In this document: positions 12,431 through 26,018 of the stretch, in pieces
How positions within the stretch are numbered: position 1 is the stretch's first letter
How the letters are laid out: the number at the start of each line of letters is the position of its first letter
Source: Eledone cirrhosa
Taxonomy: Eukaryota
DNA length: 64,000 bases
NCBI GenBank assembly: GCA_964016885.1
Contig: OZ024741.1
Location: forward strand, 364,126,001 to 364,190,000
Reading direction: 5' to 3'
Program-made: the position numbers and the translations under genes
Notes under the pieces: generated by a model
Told to the model about the DNA's origin: nothing
Databases searched by the model: none
What the model saw: only the letters and a program-made list of their open reading frames with translations

Positions 12431-13959
12431 AAGACTGATCAGCTTACCCTAACCTCAAACAATTTGAAACAACACGTACAGCTTGCAAACTACCAAACAC
12501 ATGTTTGGATATAATCAATTTAACTCTTGTTTAGCAATTTTTATTTAAATTAATAAATAAAAAATAAATGCATCAGAGATCAACTTACCTTTGTCTAAAA
12601 TGTCAGTCTATAGCAGGTCACATTCCAATTTACAACTGCACTGTTACCACCATCACACCCTAGGCATTGCTAACACTAACAAATCAAAAGAATCTCTATC
12701 TGGAAATTTGATTTACTAGAAATAGCATCCGTAACTCTACGTTGCAAAGCATAGAGTTACGACTGCTATTTCTATCAGATCAAATTACAGCCCTTTACAG
12801 TCTGAGTTTAAATCCTTCTGAGGTGAACTTTGCTTTTCATCCTTAAGTGGTTAATAAAATAAAGCACCAGTAATGCACTGGGGTTGATTTAATCGAATTC
12901 TCCCTGCCCAGTAAAATTGTTGGCTTTGTGCCTAAATCAGAAACCATTATTTTAACTCTATTATAGTTTCATGCAGTAGTGCTGGTGCCATGATGAAATG
13001 CACCTAGCCCATTCTGCAAAGTTGTAGAGTTGTTGCCACAATAAAAAAAAACAACCAGTCCACCCTGTAAGGTGGTAGAGCTGTACCATGATAAAATCCA
13101 CCAAGTAGTTGGCATTCGGAAGGACATCCAGCCATGGAAACTATGCCAAAAATGGAACATATGAGCTAGACAGGGGGATCTGACTGGTCTAGCCACAAAA
13201 TGATAATCTGTCAAACCCATTCCACCATGGAAAATAGACCTAAAACAGTGGGGATGATGATGATGAAGATAATTCGTCAGTCACCTATCTCTTACAGGAT
13301 ATATGCATCCATGGACCCTTAACTCCTAATAGAATCATAGGGATGCTGGCATGACATACAGCCTGTTGTAGACTCTTTAAATCTAGTGGTATCCATCCCT
13401 AATCAGGTATGAACACAGCCAGTTTCTTTCCTTTCAGAGAGAGAGGAAGAATTGATTCCAGTACTTGACTGGAATTTTAGTTATCAACCTCAAAATGATG
13501 AAAGGCAAAGTTGATCTCTATGCATTTCATCTGACATATTTACATGACAGGTGCAATTTGTCCGAACATGGAAGAGCCAAACTCCCACTGTCCTCGTCTC
13601 TATCTCTTTTGCCCTCCCCATCTCTCTGTATTGTGAGCAAATGGGGTACCATGTGCTGGCCACCCCACAGCCCCAGCTGACAGAATGGCGATCCTGCCAA
13701 TTCACCATTTTCTAAAAGGATATGTTATTCTATGAATATCCACTTGCAAGACACATGGAAATTCCATGTTTAAAAATGCCTTTGTTTTTATTTTGACACA
13801 GAAATTCATAGATCTTCATAACATTGACTCATTACATTAAATGTTTCAAATATTTCTTTGATTTCTTTCTATAGTTGTGGTTGTTAAATGCATAACACTG
13901 CAACTTGTTTTATTAGATTAAAGATTTTTATTAGGTTTTTCAATTTCTCCAGTGACATT

Positions 13960-14452
13960 GTCTTAGGCACTTACACCTCTCTAAGACAATGTCACTGGAT
14001 CGAGATATTTGGCCCCATGCAGTAATACAGAAGACCCACCACCTTCTCTACAAAGTTAACCCAGTCAGTAGGTACCTCTTAACCAAATATACACCCCAAC
14101 CCACTACCCCTACTCCATCCTCCCACTCCCACCAACACCACCCTTTTTCTGTAATGTTATGTTGGTACCACAACATCCAGTCCAAACTAAAGAGGTCGTG
14201 TAGGTATCACGACAAAATAAAAAACACCCAGTCCACTCTGTAAAGTGGTTGTGTAGAAGACACGGTAAAAAGGCTCCCAGTCCACAATGTAAATGTGATT
14301 GGTGTTAGGAAGGGCATCCAGCTGTAGAAAACCTGCCAGATACTGTCCTATACGTGCAAGACATGGTCACCAATCTTGCCTCAAGTGGGACAATTCCCGT
14401 CTAAGCCATGCTAGCGTGGAAGATAATTTTAAACGATAATGATGATGATGAT
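13960..14452 (+). mobile_element. RTE LINE 3' end (ORF terminus, 3' UTR, (ATG)n tail)
   Basis: MSLDRDIWPHAVIQKT matches the C-terminus of the RTE copy at 60575; shared AGGAAGGGCATCCAGCTGTAGAAAA 3' UTR; GAT tail. Confidence 0.85.
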
Positions 14453-14586
14453 GAATTAAGACTGTCAAAAACCTACACTAGAACTTGTTTCCTTAAGTTA
14501 AAAATATTGATTGTCTTTGATTTCTTTCCTTAGTTAAGGTTGTTGTAAACATTACATTGGAACTTATTTCATTATGTTAAAGATAT

Positions 14587-14800
14587 GAGGGCGGTGGACT
14601 TGCAGAATTGGTAGAGCATTGGACAATAGTGGCATAGGGTTATGGCATTTTACATTCTCAGTTCAAATCCCGTTGAGGTTAGCTTTGCCTTTCATCCTTA
14701 CAGGGTCGATAAAATAAAACACCAGTAATGCACTGGTGTTGTTTTAATTGACTTTCCTCTCCCTCCACCCAAATTACTGGCCTTGTGCCTATAGTAGAAA
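14587..14800 (+). mobile_element. tRNA-derived SINE with Meta-domain-like core
   Basis: A-box-like start, B box AGTTCAAATCC, core GCCTTTCATCCTTACAGGGTCGATAAAATAAA; 18 bp TSD TCATTATGTTAAAGATAT (14569-14586, 14801-14818). Confidence 0.88.
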
Positions 14801-15067
14801 TCATTATGTTAAAGATATTGATTATGTTCTCGAATTCATTCAATACTTAAGGTTGAAAAAGTGTAATACTCAAATATGTTGTAACAAGCAGAAAAACATT
14901 ATAGATAACAGAAAGTTATAATTAAGAAACTCCATATTACTTTATCAATAACTTATCTAAAAAACTAAAAGTCTGTCTTTGCTGAATTTCATTTTCTACT
15001 TCCGACAATATTCTTTTGAAGCTATCCTTCGACAATTTCCTTCAAAACACCCGCTAATGCATGGGTG

Positions 15068-15468
15068 TAGAGGCGTAACTAAGGTATGGCAAGCATGGCA
15101 CGTGAAATAGAATGTATCGTATTAGATATACAGTCATGAAAGGATTCAAATAAGAGAGAGAAAAGAATTGGAAGAATACAAAATAAGAAGGAGTAATGAA
15201 TCATAAGAAGAATAGAAATTGAGGGAATTAGAATGAAGGGGTAGCCACTTGGACTAGGAGCACGTTCTATTAAAGTCAAACAAGCCTCTTCGGAGAGTGA
15301 AAAAAGAAACTCTTTCAGATGTATGATCTGTCTCTATCATGGGTGAGAACACTATGGTGGTTGGATCATTAAACCATTTATATAAATTATTAGGTCCATA
15401 GGTAAAAATACAGTGCTGGGCAATTTCACTGCTTGCCATAAGCGCTTTTTTCCCTAGTTAAGCCTCTA
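15068..15468. mobile_element. Non-autonomous hAT element (MITE)
   Basis: TIRs TAGAGGCGTAACTA / TAGTTAAGCCTCTA, subterminal TATGGCAAGCA / TGCTTGCCATA, 8 bp TSD CATGGGTG / CATGGGTA. Confidence 0.75.
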
Positions 15469-15907
15469 CATGGGTATATTGCTGATTCTGTCTTCCATGG
15501 CACATTGCCAATTTGAGTCAATTTGGTGACTGTCATGCTGTCCAGTAATTCAACAAACTTCAAACAGATCAAACAGTCCAATATGAGCAAAACACAGTCA
15601 CCTGACCCAACTTGCCTCTAATGTGACAACCCATCTAACCCATGCTAGCATGGAAAATGGACGTTAAATGATGATGATGATGATGATCAGTAGTCCGTGC
15701 AACAAAAATAAAGGGTGTTGGTTGGATGATCTGTGAACAAACTCAGAGGAGAGGAAGAATGAGATAAATATCTGTATAGATTCACAATAGAGAAACAACA
15801 AGTAATTGTGCTGTGGCCCTGGAATTTTTAATAGAATTATTAAAATCAATAAGTTTATATAGATTAAGCAGTTTATTGATATTTCTGCCTGATTTAGTGC
15901 CTTCAGC

Positions 15908-18050
15908 TATACCACCACCACCACCATTGCCATCACTATCACCACCACCACCATTGCCATCACTATCACCACCACCACCACCATAACCATTGCCATCACT
16001 ATCACCACCACCACCACCACCATTGCCATCACTATCACCACCACCACCACTATTGCCATCACTATCACCACCACCACCATTGCCATCACTATCACCACCA
16101 CCACCACCATAACCATTGCCATCACTATCACCACCACCACCACCACCATTGCCATCACTATCACCACCACCACCACTATCGCCATCACTATCACCACCAC
16201 CACCATTGCCATCACTATCACCACCACCATTGCCATCACTATCACCACCACCACCACCATTGCCATCACTATCACCACCACTATTGCCATCACTATCACC
16301 ACCACTATTGCCATCACTATCACCACCACCATTGCCATCACTATCACCACCACTATTGCCATCACTATCACCACCACCATTGCCATCACTATCACCACCA
16401 CCACCACCACCATTGCCATCACTATCACCACCACCATTGCCATCACTATCACCACCACCATTGTCATCACTATCACCACCACCACCACCACCATTGCCAT
16501 CACTATCACCACCACTATTGCCATCACTATCACCACCACCATTGTCATCACTATCACCACCACCACTGCCATCACTATCACCACCACCACCATTGCCATC
16601 ACTATCACCACCACCACCACCATAACCATTGCCATCACTATCACCACCACCACCACCACCATTGCCATCACTATCACCACCACCACCACTATTGCCATCA
16701 CTATCACCACCACCACCATTGCCATCACTATCACCACCACCACCACCATAACCATTGCCATCACTATCACCACCACCACCACCACCATTGCCATCACTAT
16801 CACCACCACCACCACTATCGCCATCACTATCACCACCACCACCATTGCCATCACTATCACCACCACCATTGCCATCACTATCACCACCACCACCACCATT
16901 GCCATCACTATCACCACCACTATTGCCATCACTATCACCACCACTATTGCCATCACTATCACCACCACCATTGCCATCACTATCACCACCACTATTGCCA
17001 TCACTATCACCACCACCATTGCCATCACTATCACCACCACCACCACCACCATTGCCATCACTATCACCACCACCATTGCCATCACTATCACCACCACCAT
17101 TGTCATCACTATCACCACCACCACCACCACCATTGCCATCACTATCACCACCACCATTGCCATCACTATCACCACCACCATTGCCATCACTATCACCACC
17201 ACCACCACCACCATTGCCATCACTATCACCACCACCATTGCCATCACTATCACCACCACCATTGCCATCACTATCACCACCACCACCACCACCATTGCCA
17301 TCACTATCACCACCACTATTGCCATCACTATCACCACCACCATTGCCATCACTATCACCACCACCACCACCACCATTGCCATCACTATCACCACCACCAT
17401 TGCCATCACTATCACCACCACCATTGTCATCACTATCACCACCACCACCACCATTGCCATCACTATCACCACCACCACCATTGCCATCACTATCACCACC
17501 ACCACCACCACCATTGCCATCACTATCACCACCACTATTGCCATCACTATCACCACCACCATTGTCATCACTATCACCACCACCATTGCCATCACTATCA
17601 CCACCACCATTGTCATCACTATCACCACCACCACCACCATTGCCATCACTATCACCACCACCACCATTGCCATCACTATCACCACCACCACCACCACCAT
17701 TGCCATCACTATCACCACCACTATTGCCATCACTATCACCACCACCATTGCCATCACTATCACCACCACTATTGCCATCACTATCACCACCACCATTGCC
17801 ATCACTATCACCACCACCATTGCCATCACTATCATCATCACCACAACCACCGCCAACACCACCATCAACACCATCATTATCATCACCACTGTCACCATCA
17901 CCAGCACCATCATCAATGCAATCACCAATACCACATTGCCACCAACACTATCGCCCCCACCACCACTCAACATCATAACCATCATCAACTTCACCACCAT
18001 CATCATCAATGCGATCACTAACACCACTGTCACCACCACCACCATATTAC
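15908..18050. repeat. CAC/CAT-based minisatellite (CCATTGCCATCACTATCA(CCA)n units)
   Basis: About 1.9 kb of homogeneous units with a variable CCA count, decaying on the right side. Confidence 0.97.
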
Positions 18051-19297
18051 ATACCTCCAAATTCTGAATTATTTTCAAAATCACAGGCAATGGCAGCATC
18101 TTTCATTAGAAATATGATAATGAAAGAATTAAAAGCATTAGCAGAGTTGTGTAGCCCAAAGGCCAGCCCTAATTGAATACACCTATGATCAAAGATTCTA
18201 ATCAAGACCATCCAATCTAGGACTTTTTCAAAAAATGTGTCCTTTCTGTTACTGCCTGAAACTGCTACTGGTTCTATGATATAAAACTGTATGTTTTAAA
18301 GTGTTTATATTCACCTAAAAGCCTTCCATCAAAATTTTATGTTGTTAGGTTATGTTTCAAACATCCACTTAATAGAAAAACAAAATACTATGGTCATCAC
18401 TTACAATTGATAATGACTAAGGGTTTTAGGTACTCATGCAGTCGTAAGCAAACACAAAGTGCCTCTCAACCTTTCCCCCCTTGATCCAATGGAACATTCA
18501 GGATGTGACAGTTGCTCCAGCACTGGGTTGAGGCTTTATATATCAACCCTGTAAGTGGATTTCAGTAGGATTTGAACTCAGAATGCAGAGAGTTGGAACA
18601 AATATCTAATGTTCTAACAACTCTGCAAATCGACTGCCTTATCCAGCTTATTAAATACTTCATTATTAAATGCGTCCTTTGCATTCTTTACTCGGTAGGA
18701 TGTGATTTGACAAGGACATTTGGCTGCTATTTCTAGCAATCAGAACAACTATAATGTAACTCCATTGTTGGCTTGTGTACCAGCAGAGTAAATCCAATTT
18801 CTGGAATGTCAAATAAATAAATTCAGTTGCTGTGTTTCCTTGGATTCCAGATTTCATTTTAAATCCACTTCCTTCCTGTCAATCTCAACCCCACCCCTCT
18901 CTCTCTATATATATATTTATATATATATACACAGATAAATCCACCAATTAATAGTAGGGTCCAAGCTGTATGAAGAACTCAATGTAATCCGTATGAATAT
19001 GTCATGAAGCAAAGTTTAAAATACAAAATTTCAACGATATAATTCATTCGAAGCAGAGTCAAAATAATATAAATAGTGAAAACAATGAAATTAAACAAAA
19101 TACGGGTAATTCATAGTAAAATTCTACCCATATTTAACAAGGTCAGCTGTACAACAAGGGGCTTTATTTCAATACAGAGTACTCACAACCTATAACGATA
19201 ACTTGTTATCCCATATATATATATATATTGAGAGAGAAAGAGAGAGAGAGGGGAAAGAAAAAAGAAAGCAGTAAACAAGCGGACATATATATATATA

Positions 19298-19890
19298 TCA
19301 TCATCATCATCATCATCATTTAACATCCATCTTCCATGCTAGCATGGGTTAGATGATTTTGTTCCATTTGTAGCGGGATTGGTCAGGAGATCGTCTCTTG
19401 CTCTGGCAGGTTTTCTATGGCTAGATGCCCTTCCTAACACCAACCACCTTTACAGTGTGGACTGGGAGCTTTTTTACTGTGTCTCCTACACGACCACTTT
19501 ACAGTGTGGACTGGGTGCTTTTTGTTGTGTCATCGACATAGTGGACGGAAATGGGAGGATGGAGTGGGGTGTGTGGGGTGGGGTGTATATTGGGTTACTG
19601 ACTGTAGGTTTGTATGCAATGGAGGTCAGGTCTTCTGTACAACTGTATGGCGCCAAAGATCTTAATCCAGTGACATTGTCTTAAAGAGGTGTAAGTGAGC
19701 AAGGTCAGTTTTTATCATCTCGTCCCAGGTTTTTCTTGGTCTACCCACTCCATAGCTTCCATCAATTTTCATTGCTTTGCACCTTTTTATACAACTGTCA
19801 TCCTTCATATGCACCACATGGCCATACCAACGCAATTTCCTCTCCAGAACACAACATTTGATACCTCTTATGCTTAGTCTCTCTCTCAAT
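19298..19890 (-). mobile_element. RTE LINE 3' fragment
   Basis: RKLRWYGHVVHMKDDSCIKRC...GRPRKTWDEMI, 3' UTR and (ATG)n tail. Confidence 0.9.
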
Positions 19891-19956
19891 ATATACTTCA
19901 TATATATATATATATATACATAGGAAAAGACACACACACACACACATATATATATA

Positions 19957-20329
19957 CGAGGGTAATCCCAAAAGTAAGGTCTCCAAAGCGATGGGGACGC
20001 AGAGAAACTGTTCATACGGCTGTTGGCAACACTGTTGTGATTGGTGATTCCTTCACTCCCAATTGAGAATGGAGCTCCCGTTGAACGCTACCACCAAGTG
20101 CGAATTTTGCGCAGTTATTATATAGAGGGCAATCCCCAAAGTAAGGTCTCCTTCCGAGGAAAACATGCGTAAAGATCGGCGGATCACTCTGGATGTTCTC
20201 TGCACTTTGGTTCCTGAGGTTTCCTGAAGCACCATCCACAGGATTTTAACGGAAAAGTTGCAATATCGGAAGCTGCAATATCGGAAGTTGCAATATCGGA
20301 AGGAGACCTTACTTTTGGGATTGCCCTCG
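19957..20329. mobile_element. Tc1/mariner-type MITE in a TA microsatellite
   Basis: 28 bp TIRs CGAGGGTAATCCCAAAAGTAAGGTCTCC / GGAGACCTTACTTTTGGGATTGCCCTCG flanked by TA; a third TIR copy at ~20124-20151. Confidence 0.9.
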
Positions 20330-20348
20330 TATATATACACATATACAT

Positions 20349-20380
<32 letters not shown>

Positions 20381-21554
20381 GTTTACATATGTGTACATAT
20401 TTATACCATCATTATTTTATGTCCGTTTTTCCATGCTTGTATCCCAATCTGTCTCTCCTTCTTGGTTTCATTCTAATTCCCTCACTTTCTATACTACCTC
20501 TGACTCAATACTCCTTTCTTATTTTCTTCTAATTCTTCTCTCTCTCTTTCTCCTATTTTAACCCTTTCATAACTGTATATCTAATAAGATACATTCTATT
20601 TCAATAAATTAATGAGATGTTTGAAGGATATATTAAAATATTTAACTATTTCCTTACTTATTTAACATATGGTTCTTATATAAAATAATCTTGAAAGGAT
20701 TTAATTTACATAGGAAACCTTTAAAATGGATGGTTTTGTTTCATAAAACCTGAAGTGCTTTTGGTATCAAAGGGATTTTAAAACTAATTTTCTATGAGGC
20801 AGGATTTATTTGAACAGAAAACACACACATGGTGTAGGCATGATTGTGTGGTTAAGAAGTTTGCTTTGCATCTGTGTGGTTTCAGATTCAATTTTTAGAT
20901 AAATACAAACATTTTGCTGCATTTTGGGCAAATGTCTTTTACCATGGCTTCTAGTCAATGAAAGCTTTGTTAGACAAAAAAATTTGTGGAAGCCAATTTT
21001 CATTACCATATTTCTAATGAAAAACACGGCCTATGATTTTCAAATAATTTGGAAAATAATCAAGAACTTGGAGGTGTTTAGTAATATAACTTTATCATTA
21101 TTAAGCTGATATTTAGAGCATAACTTAACAAAGATTCTTATATAAAACTTTGCTCAGCCACCTGCATCTTAATCTCATGAACAGGCTGATCAATTGTTTA
21201 TATAACTGGAATGTTCATCAGAATGACAGAAGCCCCACATCAGACAAGAAGACCTCAAAATGGAGCTTGAGTACTGTCTTTCCCTCGCTAACTAAACCAT
21301 AAAAATAAATAGAAAAAAAAACACTTTGCTCAGATGCTACCTCCTGCTTTATGCACTGTGTTCTAATTAATTGATGATATCTAACATAGACACAAGGCCA
21401 GCAACTTTGAGGGGAGGGGAATGTTGATTAGATGAACACCAATTTTTGACTAGTACTTTATTTTATTGGATTTGAACTCAGAATAGAAAGAGCTGTAACT
21501 TTGTGTCACTGTAAAATTATAAAAAAAATAAAAAAAATAAAAACCCGTCCTAAA

Positions 21555-21935
21555 TAAGGTCGAAGAGAGCAAACTGTCAAAGTACTGGCTGTTCTCTGAT
21601 AGGTTTGTGGTTAAGCCTGTGGCAGTGGAGACTTCTGGCATTCTCGGCCCCTGGACCACATCCCTGTTCACTACTATCGTTGTCTGATTGGTTTGTAGTT
21701 GAGCCTGTGGCAGTGGAGACTGCTGGCATTCTTGGCCCCTGGACCACATCCCTGACTACTGCTATCAGAGTGAAGTTGTCTACCTGTAAGTGTGAGTCCC
21801 ATGAGATGGATTGGCTGTTCCTGTGCATCTCCCTCACCATCTTCTAGGGTAATGTCATCTCCATCCTGTCAGATGGTACCACGGAGCAGACTGATCCTTA
21901 AGTTTCATTTATGGTGGTGGCATGTGGAATAAATT
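21555..21935 (+). mobile_element. 3' fragment of an RLE-type (CRE/NeSL-like) non-LTR retrotransposon
   Basis: Translations VEESKLSKY..FVVKPVAVETSGILGP and WLFLCISLTIF*GNVISI match the AExxKxxKY / PxAVETxGxxG / QRxSLAIxRGN restriction-like endonuclease tail; AATAAA at ~21930. Confidence 0.75.
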
Positions 21936-22459
21936 TACTTGCATTTTATTATAATGTAATATTACACTATTGACTATAGATGTTGTTGTTGTCATAGTTG
22001 TTTAGCCCCAGGTCAACTTTGACTGGCCAAACCTATGATGAAAAGCATTTCAACCATTCTTGACCAGCTTGTTGTTGCTGTCTAACTCCAAGTCCCCTGT
22101 AATTGATCTATTATCAAAAGCATTCCAGCTATGACCATCCCATCCCAGCTTTTTTTTTCTAGACATAAATATCTTAGAGTACATTATCCAATGTATTCTT
22201 ACTTTTGTGTGCATGGAGGAGGTTATTTGTAATAGAATTGCCTGCTATTTCTAGTAAATCAAGCACCCACATAGAGATTACCTTATTTGGCTTGTGCAGT
22301 ATGTAGGAAGGAAAGACAGAAGGAAAGACGGAAGGAGAGTTGAACAGTGAGAATTGGTTATTGTCATGGAAACAAGACCAATGCACCTAATCTTGCATAT
22401 ATGTCAAGAAATGCACTGTTATTATTGTTGCAGTGAAAAAAAATCATTCACTTGCACTT

Positions 22460-23545
22460 ATGTGCAGCCACCCACAAGCACTAACCTGTGCACTGTCACC
22501 TACTTGCACTTATCATATGCAGCCACTGACTTGCATTACCATGTGCAACCACACACTTGCACTTATCATATGCAACCATCCACATGTGAGCACCTATATG
22601 TACATATCACATGCAGCCACCCACATGCATTATCATATGCAGCCACCCACATGCATTACCATATGCAGCCACCTACATGCATTACCATATGCAGCCACCC
22701 ACATATATTGCCATACGCAGCCACCCACATATATTTATTATATGCAGCCACCCACATGCATTATCATATGCAGCCACCCACATATATTGCCATACGCAGC
22801 CACCCACATACATTTATTATATGCAGCCACCTACATGTATTACCATATGCAGCCACCTACATGTATTACCATATGCTGCCACACACATATATTGCCATAC
22901 GCAGCCACCCACATGTATTACCATATGTAGCCACCCACATGCACTACCATATGCAACTACCCACAAGCACTACCATATGTAGCCACCCACATGCACTACC
23001 ATATGTAGCCACCCACAAGCACTACCATATGCAACTACCCACATGCACTACCATATGCAGCCACCCACAAGCACTACCATATGCAACTACCCACATGCAC
23101 TACCATATGCAGCCACCCACATGCACTACCATATGCAGCCACCCACAAGCACTACCATATGCAACTACCCACATGCACTACCATATGCAGCCACCCACAA
23201 GCACTACCATATGCAACTACCCACATGCACTACCATATGCAGCCACCCACAAGCACTACCATATGCAGCCACCTACAAGCACTACCATATGCAACTACCC
23301 ACATGCACTACCATATGCAACTACCCACATGCACTACCATATGCAACTACCCACATGCACTACCATATGCAACTACCCACATGCACTACCATATGCAGCC
23401 ACCCACAAGCACTACTATATGTAGCCACCCACAAGCACTACCATATGCAACTACCCACATGCACTACCATATGCAACTACCCACATGCACTACCATATGT
23501 AGCCACCCACATGCATTTATGATATGTGGCCACCTACATGTGCTG
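22460..23545. repeat. 25 bp minisatellite
   Basis: Unit CATGCACTACCATATGCAGCCACCC-like, about 43 copies. Confidence 0.96.
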
Positions 23546-23680
23546 TAAAACAGTTTTGTCACATAGAACCAGGATTTAGTATCAAAAGAGTAAAATATTT
23601 TATTTATTAAAGTACCACTACTCCATTTAAGTCAAACATTTGACAAGTATCATGAGAACAATTGTTTACTATGTACTTAA

Positions 23681-23903
23681 CCCTTTAGCATTTACATTAC
23701 TCTATATATATACTATTGTATTTTTGTGGTAAAGGCTTTATCTCACATAATTATCTCACATAATATCGAATCTACGAGATTTTGATATTATTTATTTTGA
23801 GAACAATACCTTAACATGAGTATGAACAGCCAGTTATGACCAGTTTGAATAGAAAGAGGTGAGAGACTTCTGGCTGGTTACTGTGGGTTTAAATGCTAAA
23901 GGG
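23681..23903. mobile_element. TTAA-specific (piggyBac-like) MITE
   Basis: TTAA|CCCTTTAGCATTTA ... TAAATGCTAAAGGG|TTAA; second copy at 46641-46859. Confidence 0.85.
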
Positions 23904-23974
23904 TTAATTTTTTTTGTGTAACATTTTCATGATTTTTAATTTCAAAGATTAATGTATTCCTTAAAGTGCTATTT

Positions 23975-24605
23975 GATCCTAATGTCACATGGTTAATATG
24001 TTATCCCAGTTCAGTCCTAATGTCACATGGTTAATATGTTATCCCAGTTCAGTCCTTATGTCACATGGTTAATATGTTATCCCAGTTCAGTCCTTATGTC
24101 ACATGGTTAATATGTTATCCCAGTTCAGTCCTTATGTCACATGGTTAATATGTTATCCCAGTTCAGTCCTTATGTCACATGGTTAATATGTTATCCCAGT
24201 TCAGTCCTTATGTCACATGGTTAATATGTTATCCCAGTTCAGTCCTTATGTCACTGGCTGTTATATTATCCCTGTTCAGTCCTTACATCATTGGCTGTTA
24301 CATTATTACAGTTCAATCCTTATGTCACTTAGCTGTTACATTATCCCAGTTCAGCCCTTATTATCACCTGGCTGGTACATTATCCCAGTTAAGTCCTTAT
24401 GTCACTTAGCTGTTACATTATCCTAGTTCAGTCCTTATGTTAGTTGGCTGGTACATTATCCCAGTTCAGCCCTTACATCACTTGGCTGTTACATTATCCC
24501 AGTTAAGTCTTTATGTCACTTAGTTGTTACATTATCCTAGTTCAGTCCCTATGTCAATTGGTTGTTACATTATCCCAGTTCAGTCCTTATGACACTTGTT
24601 ACATT
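23975..24605. repeat. 38 bp minisatellite
   Basis: Unit ATGTCACATGGTTAATATGTTATCCCAGTTCAGTCCTT, ~7 near-identical units followed by diverged units. Confidence 0.96.
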
Positions 24606-24807
24606 ATTGTATTGACAGGTTACTGTTCGTCAGTGTATATCCTCGTTAGGAGAAAACATTATTTAAATCCTTGTAGTAGGATATATAAAACTGCTGTTTA
24701 ACATTTGTTTCTTTTGTTAGAACGTTTGATAGGATGCTTTGTATTATTTGTTCCCTCACTCTGCATTCTGAGTTCAAATCCTGGTGAGGTAAACTTTGCT
24801 TTATATC

Positions 24808-24972
24808 CAGTGTCAGATTTACCATTGCGCTTAGGTGTGCTTAAATACAGGGCCCCGTTGGTCAGGGGGCACATCTAGCTTCCAAAAAAAATTTTTACAA
24901 TGAAATTTTCAAATATTCGAAGCCTCATAACTTAATTAGCACAGGGCCTCATTTGTCCTAAATCAGGCACTG
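24808..24972. mobile_element. hAT (Tip100-like) MITE inserted in a SINE
   Basis: TIRs CAGTGTCAGATTTA / TAAATCAGGCACTG; same family as 38438-38583 in opposite orientation; splits a SINE core. Confidence 0.75.
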
Positions 24973-25978
24973 TATATGCTTTTGAGGCTGATAAATAAAC
25001 TATCAGATCAATACTGGGGTCAATTCTTTTCTCCCCCCCCCCCCCCCCCCCCCTCTCTCTCTTTTGAAGAAAAAGAAGCAGAATTCAGCTGTTTTTCAGG
25101 AGTAGGATAGATTCCACTAGTTTTTAAAATGTTTACATGTCCACCAGGAGTTAAGGATTCTGAGCATGGCAACTGGTTTAGTTGTAAGTGTCTTGTTTAA
25201 ACACCATGTTTACAGTTTAGGTAGTGAGTATATGATTTAGGCTGCATGTATCTAGTTTAACTGTGTATATTTGGTTTAGGTAGAATTTTTCCAGTTCAGT
25301 GGTGTGTATCTGGTTTAATTATGTGTGTTTAGTTTAAAATAGGTACATCATATTGTTGCATGTTGTTAGAGGTGACTAAAAGTGTTGGCATCAAGAAGAA
25401 CATCCAAGTGTAAAACATTGCTTCAAAAAGGACTTCATGAGTATGAAGCTTATCATGGGTTCTGCAAGATTAACCCCAGCTTTAGTAGGAAAAATGCCCT
25501 TAAAATGGTAGTTGCTATTGTTGTTTATCATGAAGCCCTCAACTGAGGGTTGTTAGCCTATGTTTCGCCAGGGATAAGAGATTTTTGAACTGTGTCATCT
25601 TTGCTACAAAGAATATAAGCATTATGTTTGAAAGAATAATGTTATGCAGAATTACCATGATACTTATGCAACAAATTGGCAACCAAACAATTTCTTGGAG
25701 AATGCCGAGGTATCCTGCTAGTGTATATCTGTGTCATCATCATCATTTAACGGGAATTAAATGATGATGATGACACAGATATACACTAGCAGGATACCTC
25801 GGCATTCTCCAAGAAATTGTTTGTAGCAAAGATGACACAGTTCAAAAATCTCTTATCCCTGGCGAAACATTTCCCTGAAATGCATAGACGGTTGTCCCCC
25901 TTGCTTCTGCTGGACATCACCAGAGGGCGTTAGCGCCCCCCCCCTGGTGTTTGCATATATATATATATACATACATAG

Positions 25979-26018
<40 letters not shown>

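Larger units (their letters stand above)
8069..12450 (-). mobile_element. L1-Tx1 clade non-LTR retrotransposon, near full length, decayed
   Basis: ORF1 with degenerate knuckle (RPHCFMRGEATHLRAF); ORF2 with APE endonuclease (ISETR, VAVYAP), RT (NFRLITLLNTEFKILVKVLAKRL) and C-terminal zf-RVT (CPRCVQSDETILH); minus-strand AATAAA at 8079-8084. Confidence 0.92.

Noticed and set aside
15907-18099. 730 aa Val/Met-rich ORF and Pro-rich extensin-like ORFs
   Set aside because: Translations of a trinucleotide-based tandem array; no unique domains or splice context.
22354-23548. 356 aa His/Tyr/Cys-rich ORFs
   Set aside because: The 25 bp unit is not a multiple of 3 and all frames give the same cyclic peptide: minisatellite artefact.
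23975-24605. CRISPR-like regular repeats (also 3388-3952)
   Set aside because: Head-to-tail units with no unique spacers, no cas genes, eukaryotic context.
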